From Paragordius varius (taxonomy: Eukaryota; Animalia; Nematomorpha): DNA of 64,000 nt. The position numbers and the translations under genes are program-made. Where the stretch lies: assembly GCA_964247055.1 (NCBI GenBank), contig OZ176059.1:2604001-2668000 (forward strand), written 5' to 3'. Below, piece after piece: positions 37,401-52,665 of this stretch (positions are counted from its first letter, which is position 1; every line of letters starts with the position of its first letter). The notes under the pieces were generated by a model, which was not told the DNA's origin, did no database searches, and saw only the letters and a list, made by a program, of their open reading frames with translations.

Positions 37401-40400
37401 CAATAAATTGGGAAATATATTGTTAAAAGACGCGATTTACTTTAATATTTATAATATATTTCCAAAATGCGTTTGTGGCCTTTAAATTTTTAGATATGAC
37501 CAAGAGAAGTACTATGAATGGAGTTAAATATTTTAGCGGCAAATGTATGACTGTTAAATATTCAAATTGCAGTTTGCAATAATATTTATATCTCATACAA
37601 CCCGCATATAGAATTATTTTGCATTCTATAGGTTTGGAGCTTTATTTTATCATAACTTGTGGGCAAATTACCGTATCTTTAACGTTTTTGGTTATTTTTA
37701 ATGTCGTTAAATTTTCTCAATATATGGCATTTGTCCCACAGTTAGTGTATTGCAATATCTACATTAATATTTATAAAAAAGCTACAAATATATTGGCTAA
37801 ATCATATTTTTTGATAAATAATATAATGCCATAGGTATTGTTACGGCAGATTTTCGATTGGTAGATCGGGCTACACTTGGGTTTTGGACTTTGAGCGTTT
37901 TGTTTAGCGACAAAAAAATTGACGTTAGCGATAGTGTCTCCGTTTCTATAGCAACCGCTACACCCGATGTTTCTAAAAGTTTTGAAGTTGCTGAATTTGT
38001 TTTACCAACGTTTGATGTAACGTTACGGACTCAACCATGGGGTGTTGCCGATATACAAAAGGCGACAAACGGTATATATACACATAATATATGAAATAAC
38101 TTGTGTGTATCATTACGTTGTAAATGAATCATAAGTATAATTATTTGGAAAATACATATCTTTCCTCTCATATAATTCGTAATAGATGGAAACTCGGTGC
38201 AATCCATCAAGGTACGGGTGAAAGGAAATTTTGAACCCAAGTATATTATATATGTAAAGTTTGACCTGCTTTTTATAAAATTTTGATATAATGACTATCG
38301 AATTGACAGTTTTTAAATGATTTTCCTATGGAAAAAAGCAATTTTCTAATTTTTTTATTGATTGCAAATTTTTATCATCAAAATAAATAATCGAATTCAA
38401 AAATATGAGCCAGGTATGACGATTTTTTCTTTTAGCAAGTTTACCTATTGGTCTGGCCTAATTTTATTTTTTTATTTTGTTAAGTCGTTTCAATTGGATA
38501 CAATATAACCATTAAAAAAGTTTCATATTTATTAACCTAATCCATAGATTTACATTTTTTAAAAAAAAACATATATCATTAACATTTATTCGAATTCACC
38601 CTTGAAGTACCTCGAACATTTTATATTCATTCCTAAACAATTCGGATTTGCCTTTAAATTTCAATTTGACCATAATTATATTATATGTGTTTTTGGGCTA
38701 ATTTAATTCATTATTGTTATGAATATATCTTTATGGCATATTTCTCATTTATTTTCTGTGTTATATTAATTTTATACAAAGCTTTATTTTTTAAAAATAC
38801 CAAATAATAGAGGTAATTTTTGATTTTTTAAAATAATTTATTTTTACCATAATGTAATGTTTAAGGGGAAATTTCAATTCGAGAGGTCAATTTAAAATGC
38901 TCAAGGCTAAGTTTTTTAGAAAAATCGGATAATTGCCTAATTCATAGACGCTACGTAATTAAGTATACTTGTTTTGAGGGGAATATCTATTAATTGCTTT
39001 TCACTATTTAATTGTGTTGTGCCCGTAAATTAGATTTACATTTGGTGGGACAGTAGAAGGAAGAGCCATTATAACGTTCAAAGATAATTTTGGGCGATTT
39101 GATGCGGCCACACAAACATTCAAGACTGAATCCGTTTCCAAAACTATATTAACATCGACTAGTGATGTAACTGGAAAATACCCGTTTGAACTTGTAATCA
39201 CGTATGAACGGCCCAATCTTTCGACGGAAGAATTACAAAACTTGTACACCTTAATTTATTTTAACCTATATATATATATATATATATGGGCTTAAACCGC
39301 GGCCCACATGAGCCCCCCAAACTGATTTATTTCTGACCACAGATTTCGAAAATATTAAAATATATCATGTAAGGTTGTATTAGCGGTATATATTGCTGCT
39401 CACAATGCAATATTAGGTATGATTTTTATGCCAGTATGATAAAAAAACAAGGATCGCGCAATTTTTTATAATGCTATACATAATTAAACTCATTCATCTA
39501 TGTTTAACAGCCAAGTATTTGGTATTAATATACGTTGTGGCCCGCGCTATAAAAAGTTTTTTTTTAAAGAGCCCATGAAATTTTTTAGGCTAATACTATT
39601 GTTAGTAATTATGTATATGTATATAAATATAGACTGCCATCCTTTACGTTCGGTCGGGGTTATGAAGTGTCCCTTGAATTCCAGGATGCACAAACGCTTA
39701 AGAGCATTACCAAATCAAATTTTGTCCCATTTTATGATTATCCTTTATCATTGAGTATAACGGGCCCATCATTTTTTAAACCAGGACTGCCGTATTCTGT
39801 TCAGGTGATTTTATAGCTTATTTAACAAACACAAAATATATTTAAAAACAGTTTTATTTTTAAGTTTCAAAAGTTATTAAATGGAAATCATATTATTTTT
39901 TTAAGCCTACCATTTTTTACATTTAGGAATAATAATGAAGATTTTTGAATATTTTCTTCTGCATAAATTGTATATTAATTACATGTAAACATATTTCAAT
40001 TAAAAATAACTGCTAAATTGGTTAAAATGAGGAAAAAATCGTTTTCAGTATAATATATATATATATATATATATATTGATATCCGATGAATTCCATTTTC
40101 ATTATCCCCGCTGTCAGAATTTTCAATATAAAATTTTAATATTTTATTTAAGATTAAAAATTAAAATTTTCTAAGTAAAAATAGCTAACTAATTTTCCCC
40201 TATGTATTAATAGACAATTTTATTCTGCTTGCAGAAAAACGCTTTTTTACATTTTAATATCCACAAATAGTAGTTGACAAAAAGTGAATTTGTAACATTT
40301 ATGTTAATACAGTTCCCGTGTACCGCCTAAAACGAGGGCTGACTATAGATATATTCCAAATACACATTCAATTCACCCTTAAATATTTTAAACTTACCAT

Positions 40401-43400
40401 CGAACATTTTATCATTCCTAAAATTAAATTAGATGCGTTTGAGCTAATTTAACTCGTTATTATTGATATGATATAATATTACTTTATGGCAGGATTTAAA
40501 AAAATTTCAGTATTTTTAAGTTGATAAAAAAACAAAATTTTATTTTAAAAAAATATCAAATAATATAGGTAATTTTTGATATTTTTAAAAACACATGATT
40601 TGTTTTAGGTTAAATTTATTTCAGGGTAATTTTAAGTGTTCAGGGGTGAATTTAAATTGTTCAAGGGTAAATAGTTTATATATATCTGTATGTTTAGATA
40701 ACTGTTGGTCAAGCCGATGGCTCCCCTTTGCCCATAAACAATGAGTTTTTATCCGACATTTCGGATCGTGTTATGCGAGCACCCTTCAATCCTGTACGTG
40801 TCCAACTTAAGCGTACCATAAATTATGTTGAACCTATACGATTATCACCGCATATACTAACCAATTTACTCATAAGTAATAGTAAGAGCATTGAAGCACA
40901 AAAAAGGACACCCAATGATACATTTTCAAACATTGTTATTGGATCCGCCAAGGGACACATGGTTCAATACAGCATCCCAACACTAATTAAAAGTGAAAAT
41001 GTTAGTATTCGCCTAACTGCAAGCAACACAAAAAGGGGATCAACACCCCCCAATAGCTGTATAGTAAAGAGTCAAGGATTCATAGATGGTATAACTCTGC
41101 AAGTTAGCAATATTCAATATGAGGTATGACTGAAAAAAAATAGCGAAGGTTTATATATCTATGTATATATGATATCATATAGTTAAAATAATTTTTTTCC
41201 GTACAGGCTCAAATAATTGGTCAATCAAGAACAGCCTTTTTCGGCGCCTCGCGATTCGAAGAGCCCGACAATATCTTTTTGGAACTGAGGGATTCTCGTC
41301 CATCTGATCAAGCAAGCACGCCTTTGCGGGTATAGCTTTTTTGAGAGCATTCTTCTCTAATAATAAACATTTAAGTATTTAGCGACACCGTTCAAACAAC
41401 GGCAGAAATTTTGAATCATTTCATATAAACCGGAGGGTAATTTTCGAAATTTGACAGTAGGGTTTATATACAATGAGTTGTTCCTGTTTTCAGCTCCAAC
41501 TAAGACAATTTTTAATTTTTGTTATTACTAAAATTATATATATATTATATTGATAATAGCTTGGAAAATCGCACAGAATCACAGCTGTTTCCACACAGCC
41601 CTTGGCTTTCTTAACTGTAGTTTTTGTTTCTAAAGGGCGAGTTTATGCCATTAAAACATACGAGGTAAAATACATATATTCTAAATTTATTTACCCATTC
41701 ATATGTTAAATTTCATTATTCATCATCTATGTAGAATAAAAATGGACCTAGGACCAAAATTGATATATCATTTCCAGTAGATGCCGGATTAGCCCCTAAC
41801 TTTAATGTTTTGGCCTATAGCGTAGCTGGCCCAAAGAAAACAGTTATAGCGGATAGTTTATCGTTCCGTGTGGACCAATTTAGCGCCAATTTCGTATGCA
41901 TTTGATTGACACTACTATATCTGAATATTTTATATATCTTTACATAAATGCCATGCTAAAACAGAACGACACTGTTAAATTACAATATAAATTTTTATAT
42001 CAATGTAAATTTTTATATACTTTATTTACAGATCATATAATCGCTACCATGTTGTTAATTTTGAGAAAAGAAAGCGATTTGTGAATGATTATAAATATTT
42101 TGTTAAAAACTGAGATATTGTATATACTCACTCTAAACTTAGCTATTTATCTTATTTAATATAAATAAGTTTTCTAAAAATATATAAAAGAATTGAAAAT
42201 ATGTGGCTACATAAACATACTTTAAAACAAACGGTTGTTATTTATATTTTAATATTTTTTGGTGGAATTTGACATTTCAGGGGCCAAAAAATAATATAAT
42301 TTGTCATAATAGTTAATAACCTAATATGGTAAAAAATTGCCCATTGAATTGTACCAAACACTCCCTATAACTAAGCCCACTTGATTACAACAATAAAGTT
42401 TTATTCATTAATTTTAAATTAAACAAAAATTTTGCTTTTTAGGTCAATTTAACCTTTAGTCCAGGTGAAAATGTGACACCCATTATTGCACCGTTTGAAG
42501 ATGGATCGAATGGCACTTCTATCCTTACATTGGGTCCAAGGGAACGTGTTGTCTTAAATGTATATGATTTATTTGCCTGATCACGCATATATATACCATT
42601 TATAGTTCAAATTCACCCTTGAACAATTCAAATTCACCCTCGAACAATTCAAATTCACCCTCGAACAATTCAAATTCACCATCGAACAATTCAAATTCAC
42701 CCTAAAAATAAATTATGTGTTTTCGAACTAATATAATTTATTATTAATATAAAATATATGTTTATGGTATAGTTTATTATTTTTTCAGTATTATTTTAAT
42801 TTAAAATAGAATTTTTATTTTTTAAAAATATATAAAATATAGGTAATTTTTAATCTTAAAAAACATATATTTTATTTGAGGGTGAATTAAAATTGTTCAA
42901 GGGTGAATTTGAATTGTTCGAGGGTGAATTTGAATTGTTCGAGAGTGAATTTGAATTGTTCAAGGGTGAAATTGAATTGTTAATGGTATATATATGGTAT
43001 AATCCCCCTCCGCCCTATAATAATCCCCCCACGCCCTCATATTGAGCAGCATTATAAAACACAAAGTGTCTGTAAACTAGTGGGTCTTATCAAAAACTTT
43101 TTCGATTTTAAAACACGGCCTTGTTTTTAAGTTGCAATCGTTTAAAATTTAATTGATTAATCCTTTGTATAAGCATACCTCTTAGTTTATGGGTATATTG
43201 TGGAATATACCAAAAACAATTACCATTTTTTAAATAGTTTTGTTTATTATTATTGAATATTCAAAAAAACGAATATTTTATATTCATTTTTTAGAATAAA
43301 AATATTTTAATTCTTCCCAGAATAGGAATGATGCTATTATTACGCCATGTATTTTCAGGTTCATATGGGGGGATGTGCTTTATTTAGTTATATATATATA

Positions 43401-46400
43401 TATATATATATATAAGTAGAAATAAAAATTATAGAGACCGAACGTATAAATATAAAGACAAATATTTTTCTTCAAAAGACAATTAAACTTTAAAAAACTT
43501 AATTTTTTGAATTTAACTTTTATTGGTATAAATTGTAAAATATCAAATAAAGATGTAATTTGGTAATTTAATAATATGTATTTTTTACAACTGTAATAAA
43601 ATAGTTTATCTGCAAAATCAAGGTTTAAAACGAAAGTATGGTTGTCTTTGAAAACAATATGTTTGTCTTTATATTTTTACATTTTGTCTGTATAATTTAG
43701 TCAAAGAAATTTTACTGCACAAATATATACAGTAAAAATTGAAATAATACGGACAAAACGTAAAAATATAAAGACAAATATTTTTTTCTAAAGGACAACC
43801 ATATTTTTACAAGTTCAATTTGTTCAAATATTACTTAGTGTTTTGGGTTGCAAAATAGGGATTAGGTATGTAAATTGTTAATACACTCAAAAATATAATT
43901 TAAAAATGTAATCAAGTAGTTTATGGTAAAGAAAAATTAAGGTTTGAAAAAATAGGGTTGTCTCTTAGAAAAAAAAATATTTGTCTTTATATTTTTACGT
44001 TTTGTCCGTATAATTTCAATTTTTACTGTATATGTCTAGGTTTTAACTGCCCCAAACTCCCGGATCGGTCTTTTGGCCGTAGATAAAAGTGTCCAGCTAT
44101 TAAGCCAAGGGGCGGGTAATGACATAACTCGAGATGCCATAGAAAGTGAATTGAATGCATTTTCTGCAAGCTCGTCTGATTCGTTTGGGCCATTTTTCTT
44201 TTTTGGGAGTTTTGGCAATACTTTACAAATATTTGAAGTACTATATTACAACAGTTTTTATTGTAAACATATTTAATTATTATTATTATTTAAGTTTTTT
44301 GGGGAGGAATAGTTAACTTTTATAAATTGTTAAATAGGATGCATTTTTGTGTGATTGACTCTTTTTTTTCTACCCTAAAAATTAAAATTATACAGACAAC
44401 ACATAAAAACCAAAAGACTAACAATTTTTTTGAAAAAGACAACCATATGTATTAAATCTTAATTAATTTATATGTAATTCACCGTTTTGATATTGCGTAA
44501 CGGAGATTAGATATAATTTAAAATTGTAATTTATAAAAAGTGGTTATCTTTTGAAAAAAAAATGGTTCTTTAATAATATTTCTTTAAACCAAATTATTTT
44601 AGGGGTAGGCACGTAATAATAATAATATTAAAATATATCAATCCTTAAAAATCAAATTTATATTTTATGGTATGTTTTTATTATTTTAATTTACAATTGA
44701 AATTATACGGACAAAAGGTAAATATATGAAGACAAATATTTTGTCAAAAGAAAACCATACTTTTTTTATCCTTAATTTTTCCCATATAAATAATAATTAC
44801 AATTTTAAAATAGACATATTGTTTTATCAATTTTCATTTCATACAGAGTGAAACAATAAGTTATATTTTAAAAAAATCAAATTAAAGGTAGAGTGATTTG
44901 AAGAAAAAATTGTGTTTTTATTATTACGTTTTGTCCGTATAATTTCAATTTTTACTGTAATATACATTGTAGCGATCCAACTTGTTTGTCCTCACCGATG
45001 CCAATATTTTTACACCACCAACATTCACTACTTTTCCCGGTTCAGATTTTTTTTAATCCAATATTCCATAATTTACTAAAAGAATATTCAATTTTTCATT
45101 AAGTAATAGGAACTCAAGCGGGTGCCCAAAAAATAAATGTTACTAAATATTTTATTAAATTAACCAGATTTAGACTCCTTAAAATAGGGGAGACAATGTA
45201 AATATAAATTATTTTACCAATTGTAGTTTATTGCCAAAATTTGAAAAAGATTTATTTAGATTTAAATTATGAAAAATATGCTAATTTTAAGAAAAATTGT
45301 AAGCATTGGTATATTCTTAAAAATTTTATGGTCCGCATGTGGGACCCGCTGATCTAGATTATATAGCAATTTATGCACAAGCGAAAAAATTTTCATTTGT
45401 TTGCTTATTTATACACATAAGCACATTTTTTCTCTATACCCCAATCATAATTCCATTTTAACCAATGATAAATCCAATATAACCAATAATATGTCTCTTT
45501 ATTGCATACACATTCTATGTGATAGTGTTTTCTGAATTGGCTAGACCGGTGGCATTTACAACTGCTGCTCCTCAAAGGGATGGGGCTGCTGGTTCGGGTG
45601 GCGGTTCCTTAAATAAAGAAATTGTTACGAGAACTGATTTCCCAGAAACTTGGATATGGGTTGATGTTGATGCCAAGTATAAACTAAATTATTTTTGATT
45701 CCTTCTGTTTAATACCTAATAAATTATTAACACTTTGCGTGTGTTAAAATTTGTAAAGTAACCGTTAATCGAATTTATTTAAACGCCATTTTCGGCTTAT
45801 AAGTAAATTTTGTCAAACGTTGAAATAATAAATACAAAATTAATATTGGATTTAAAATAGTATGTTTTTAAACATGGTAAGATTATTTAAATTGTTTTTA
45901 TCCTGTATCAATTATTTCAGTATTCCAGCTAACACTAAAAGAAAAATGGTTGATGAAAACTTTTTAATTGTAAATTTTGAAAATTTTATAATGAAATTTA
46001 TAATATGTCAGAGTTTTATATTATGGCAGAAAATTATAAAAATTTGCATATAATAGTTGATTCCTTATTTTTTTATTCCTCCATTAATAAAGAGTTATTA
46101 CCATAGTTTTAAATTTAATTAATTTTAATTATATATGTATGTCAGTAATCAAGGAAAAGCAAGTGTAAATGAGCTAACGCCGGACACTATAACTACTTGG
46201 GTAGCATCTGCTCTATCACTCGATACTAAAGCTGGTTTGGGTATCTCCTCTGTACCCGGAGTGGTATAATTTTTTGGAAATATCAAAAAAACATATCTCT
46301 AGATAAGATGCGTATCAAAGCCCAAACCGATGGGAATGGAATAAATGATCAACATTTGTAACTAATCAATATGATTTGGTTTTTAGAACCGAATTTATAC

Positions 46401-49400
46401 TTTTTTCTCAGATATGGGTTTGAATTGGCTGGAACCGGTTAGCAATGCAAAACTTATACATATTTGAACGGTCTAAATCATAATGGCCACGCTGTCTTTA
46501 ATTGTCATAAGTTTGGAACATATTGTAAAGATAAACATTACCGTTTTTTAGTTTATACTATATAAACCAAATTGGTATAATGTTTAAAAAATTTTAATAG
46601 TTTGTATCAAAGATACATATGTTAATTTTTTCATGGTTTTTTAGTTTACGTATGGACTACAAAATGTCTTTGTAAAACTCATCATTTTAATACATAGAAA
46701 AAAAGTTATATGGCCTCCTAAAAGTCATTTAGATAACTACCAAAGCTAAGGTAACACAAAAAAGGATGCAAACGTATAATAATTTTAATTTATATATTTT
46801 ATGTTAAATAGCTTAGAGTCTTTCAACCATTTTTCGTAAATCTCAATTTGCCATTCTCTGTAATCCGAAATGAACGAGTACGCATACAAGCCATTGTATT
46901 CAATTTTTTGGGCAGAAATGTTAAGGTAATATAGCAATTATCATTCAACTTACAATAAAAACGTAAAAATTAAAGTATGGACAAAACGTAAAAAGTAAAA
47001 CATCATTTTTTGATCATTGTTTTTATATATATTAGCGATTACGAACGTAAATAAAATATAGTATAAAATTGAGCATGTTACCAATATTCCTTATCTAACT
47101 CCAAACGATAGTTATAGAAAAGAATAGTCTTTTCCTTTTTCTTTTATTTTTATTACTGTATTATAAATGTATTTTTTTCAACGTAATGTATTAAACGTTT
47201 TTGATAAACATTCTGCAAATTGAAAAGAATAATCCAAGTTAAATAAATAAAATAATTATATATTCAAACAACATTGAAAAAAACTTTTTTGTATATACTA
47301 TATGAAAACATTAAAGCAAAATTATAATTTGGGACCTTTGGTATTTAGGCATCCGTTATAATATCCGGACCGGAAAATTTAGCTGACCCCGAATTTGAGA
47401 TTTTGCCTCCTTTTAGCCAAACGACGATTGATTTGCCCGATTCATCCACAAAAACAGTTTTCTTTTGGATCAAACCTTTGAAAGTTGGTTTGTCAAAAAT
47501 TAAAGTGACCGCTCGCATCATAAATGATAGTGTTCCTGATGGTTTTCCAGGGGACGCAATCGAAAAAACCTTACCTATTAAAGTAATATATATATGACAA
47601 AAAATATTATTCTTTGTCGACAAAAGAGAACCAAGATATACACTTATATTAAAGTTTTATGTCAATCTGGTTTTAAGATCCGCTTTCACAAATTTTGAAA
47701 TTAAGGGAATAAACAAGGGTTAAATCTTCTCGTAGATATATAAATGGTCCATAATTGAAACGAATCAAAATTTTTAATTTAATATTCTTTTTTTGTTAAT
47801 TGGTACGTTATATTACTTTTTTTGTATTTTTATTCATACCCTTCATATCTTAGGCTGAAGGTGAAACGCAATTTTTTAATAAACCATTACTTATTACGCT
47901 AAATGCTGTGGCAAGCGGAGCTGAGCCCTCATTAGAACAAACAGTTGAGATAGATTGGAACGAGGAAAACTTCATACCTGGATCAAATTTCTTAGATATT
48001 TGCACCATTGGTATTAAATTGGATGTTTTATTAACCACAAATTATATTATTTAAAACCTAGTATTTACAAAATCAATTTATTTACAAAATTCGACTGATT
48101 TATACCGAATTCAGAATTTTATATATGTTATAATATAATTGAAATCGTTTATGAACTACCCTAAGCTAGATGTCTGCGATTACATTAGAGAAGATTGCCA
48201 AACTACATATTATATTTTTGTTTTATCTAAGTATTTTTATTTGAATTTCCGTTAACGGTGCCTTTAAATCACGATATTTTCAAGAATTCATCCTAAACAT
48301 ACTCTACGCCGTAATGTAGTAAAATATATCTATTCTGATATGGGATATAGGCGATATAATGGGACCTTCGCTTGCTAACATTGGGAATCTTATACGATTA
48401 CCATATGGATGTGGTGAACAGAATATGGTAAATTTTGCGCCCAATCTTTACATTTGGGCATATCTTCAAGCAAGGGGACTCACAACCCTAGCCATTAGAG
48501 CCAAAATTGTTGATTTTACTGAACAAGGTTTTTATAAATTCTTTTTGATTATATCCAAAAACTTTTGACTTTTATTTACACAAAAGCAGGGTAAATGTAC
48601 ATGGTTTATAACTCATTTTTAAAAAATCGTTAAAACAATAATTTAATGAATTGTAGTCTATTACCAATAGATAGTTTTTTTATAAAAATACAATACCTTG
48701 TATAAAAATGTGTATCGTAGCCTTGCTAATATATAGCTCATAATACTGTATCGGTATTTCATACCTACTAAAACAATTCGCAATCATTAGTTATAATTAT
48801 TTATATACACAATTTTTTATCCATCACCCAATGATGGCACAGGATACCAAAGACAACTTACGTTTCAACGCTTTGATGGATCCTTTAGTGCATTTGGTAA
48901 CAATGACCCTCGGGGTTCCATATGGCTAACAGCTTTAGTTGTTCGATCATTTGCCCTTGCCTCAACTCGGGGTCAGGGATTGGGTCTTATATTTGTTCAA
49001 GATAAAATTATACGGTATGTGTATATATATATATTTATATATATATATATATAAAGAGGTTTATATATATAATTAAATTATTTTCATTTTAGCGTTAAAC
49101 AAGGGTAAAATTGAAAAAGAAAGTAAAATCCATTTTTCTTTATTGTTAGCGGTTTATAAATGATATCATTTACAAAAATGATTTATCCCTAGTTAAACAT
49201 GTAAGGTTTTAACAAAATTGTTATTCAACAATTTATCCAAATTAGATATAAAATATTTAGGATCCTTTCAAAATATCATTTCGAGCAAGGGTGTCCAACA
49301 CAAATGACCTAACCACGCATTTTTTACTCAATAACCCCCACGGGTCGCATTCAAATTTATTATGAACACTCAGGAATAATTTATTTGATTTCTTACATAA

Positions 49401-51027
49401 GACTGCAAAATGCAAACATAATATTACAATTTTCTCTAGTTTTTGCCGATTGGATGGACTCATTTAGATAAATTGGTTAAAAGATATTAAATTTACTAAA
49501 ATTTTATATCTATATTTTTGCAAATTATAATTGTCAATTTTTTTACGGACCGCGCATAAAGTCTCGGAGGCCCACGTGTTGGACCCCCTGATTTAGAGTT
49601 TAATGCTTCTAGACGGTTATGATAATTTGCATCTCAATATAAAGTTGATTGAATCATATTAAGTGTTAAATTTTTATCAATTTAACCTAAGTCATATAAA
49701 AAAATTATAAATTTCTCCACTGGATTAGAGCATTGGCTAGTGATTTCCGACCTTTTTACCTCTGTTTAGCCCACTCTTTGCCCCTTTATAAATTAATTAT
49801 ACATAGTTTCTGTTTTAAATAGAACCTAAATACCAAGGGTTCATATAAAAAATGGAACCGTTTAAAGATTTCCAACAAATTTTTATAAATTACTTTATAA
49901 GTTTAAGGCCATTATACGATAGCATTTTAAAAAAAATTATTTGAAATGGTGTATGAGCATTGAAGAAGGAGGCAATGTACCCTTGCTACAGTTGACTTTG
50001 ACTTGAATCTTTTGGCAATCTTTCAATTACTTTGAAATCACGCAGTATCTATATAATTACTTGGATTTACATGATTACCCTATACCTATAGCATTTACAC
50101 CACAAATTTGCCCTTAAATTGGAATCCACACTAAAAATAAATTTGGTTTTTGGAATATATAAAATATTTGATAGTAAATATTAGTTTTTGGTACATTTTA
50201 TCCTTTTTCTCTAAAAAAATTATCAAAAATTTCATAAATATCAAAAATCTTCTAACTCAAAAAATAACGAAATAGAGTTTTAAACCGATTGAAATTAAGT
50301 AGTCCAAAAACAAATATTTTATATAAAAGTTAATTTAGACCAAAAACACAATTTATTTTTAGGGTGTTTAAATATTCATGCGTTAATTTGATGTGTTTTC
50401 AAGGGTTAATAAATCTTCAAGGGCTAATTTGAAAAGAGTTAACATGAAATGTTAAGGGTGTATTTAAGGTGTAGTAAATGGAATATTATAAATTGAATTT
50501 AAAATTTTGCAAATACTTGGGATAAATATTAATTCCCTTGTTTCATTTTATATGTAGAAATGCGTTAAATTTCTTACTCGATAATCAAGTTCTACAGGGG
50601 CGGCCAGCCTACTTGATTGGATCTTTTGTTGAGATTGGAATCGTTCATAATAAAGCTTTGCAAGTATTTTCTAGCTTAAAAATTGATTACAGAAATATAT
50701 ATTAATGATGGTTTAATTAGTAATTTGGAGATAAATGTAAGAAATATAAAAATTAAAAATCTCTCGGGCGTAATGTTTCTATTGCTATATTTACATATTG
50801 TTTTAGGGTGGTTCTACAAAGGGAAGTTTTGCTCTTACGTGCTATGTTTACATCAGTTTACGACAGTTATCCGATGGATACTTTGTTTTACAAGATGCCA
50901 ATAAAGACAACCTAAAAGCACCTGAGGATGCTGTTTTAAGGAATCGTCTCATTCGTGCAATACTTTTGAGCGAAAGATTCATACTTAATAGTTTGGCTGA
51001 TATCTCAAATTTAACTGAAATCAGGTA

Positions 51028-51085
<58 letters not shown>

Positions 51086-52621
51086 CTTTTTGTAACAGCG
51101 TGTTGAAGACTTACTATTTTAAGTTATAGTTTAAGTTATATGTAGACGACGCTATATATACAATAGACATTTATGCTGGGCTATTCACATTACTGTTGGC
51201 CAATCGGTACAGTAGCATGTGCGATAAAGCAAATTTTGTCCATAATCAAATAAACATATCATTGTTGTAAGATAGGAATGAATTGCTTATTTTCAACATT
51301 TTGTGGTTTTTACCCATACTACACTACTGTAATGAGTGCCAATTGGCCGAAACTAATGTGAATTGATCAACATAAATATACATACTGTATAATATACCTA
51401 AAAATATAATATTATAACTCCCTATTTAAGTAATTATGATTTGGCCATTGGTTACTATGCCCTCACGTTGGCTAAACAAAACCCAATTTCCCAATCCTCC
51501 CTTGATGATATTATAGCACAATGGGATGCACAAAATCCACCCAATACACCGTCAACACCCAGCCCAAGCGGGTAAGTTTTAACATACCCACGCATATTAA
51601 TTATTTTACACTTAATTGCCATCCGATAATATATGTTACAAATTTTTTTGGTTAGATTACCCTTTGGAAGTAGCGTCAATTTATTTGATCCAATCATAGA
51701 GAGGATCGGAGGTATGATTTGTATATATTAAGCAGCCTGAGTAACAATACATTGCTGATTTTTACATTTAAATAATATTGACAGATGGCATTTACAGTAA
51801 AAAGTAATAATTTTATTGGCTTGAAGTTGGTGCATGGGCGGGGAAAATGTGTTTTCCACCTTTCCTTGCTTTTAGACAATAATATTGCTCTTTACTGTAA
51901 ATTTTATCTAGCAATAATTGAATACTACCTTTTATAAAATTTAGGTTTTTTTACGATTTATCCTCATATATTGTTCTTTTCACTTAATTGTTGTGTGAAC
52001 TATAACAAAACCTAAACATAAATTGAATATAAAAAATGGGAAAACAAACCCTGACTATAAATGATTGTTATATATATTTATAGTGCTGCCTATACCTATA
52101 CCACCCTTTCTACCAATACCCATTGGTCCATTACCAAACGATAATTTTACATTTAATGTCCGAGATGAGGGTAACGTTATTACATATTCCCGTTATTATT
52201 AATCCAAAATTGAAAGTGATTTTTTTTATTATTTATATATTTATATGAAATTGGGGACAGGAAAGTTCTGATATTCGATTATATGTAAAATCAATGGGTT
52301 TTAAATAGCTAATTTAAATTTTAAGTACTATAAGGCTGATATAAAGACAGATTTTTGGATTTTTATTTTTTGTCTACCATTAATGTATCGAGCGATTTGA
52401 CCAGATTATTGCCAATACGTATCCTAATTATTGTGATTTAGTGGGTTTTGATATCGACCGATTTGACAGTTAATGCATTCATACACCATAACAGTCAATT
52501 AATACCAATTTTTAAAACAATGTACACAATTTAATTTATATAAATTTTATTTCGAATATCATTTTAATTTAATTTCTTACGTTACACGTGAATTTTTTGG
52601 TTTAATATAAAGCGGTTACAG

Positions 52622-52665
<44 letters not shown>

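Noticed and set aside
49730-49800. Alternative phase-compatible acceptor in TEP intron 22 (RALASDF...)
   Set aside because: The translation does not match the expected domain, whereas 50558-50663 does, and the frame has no convincing donor.
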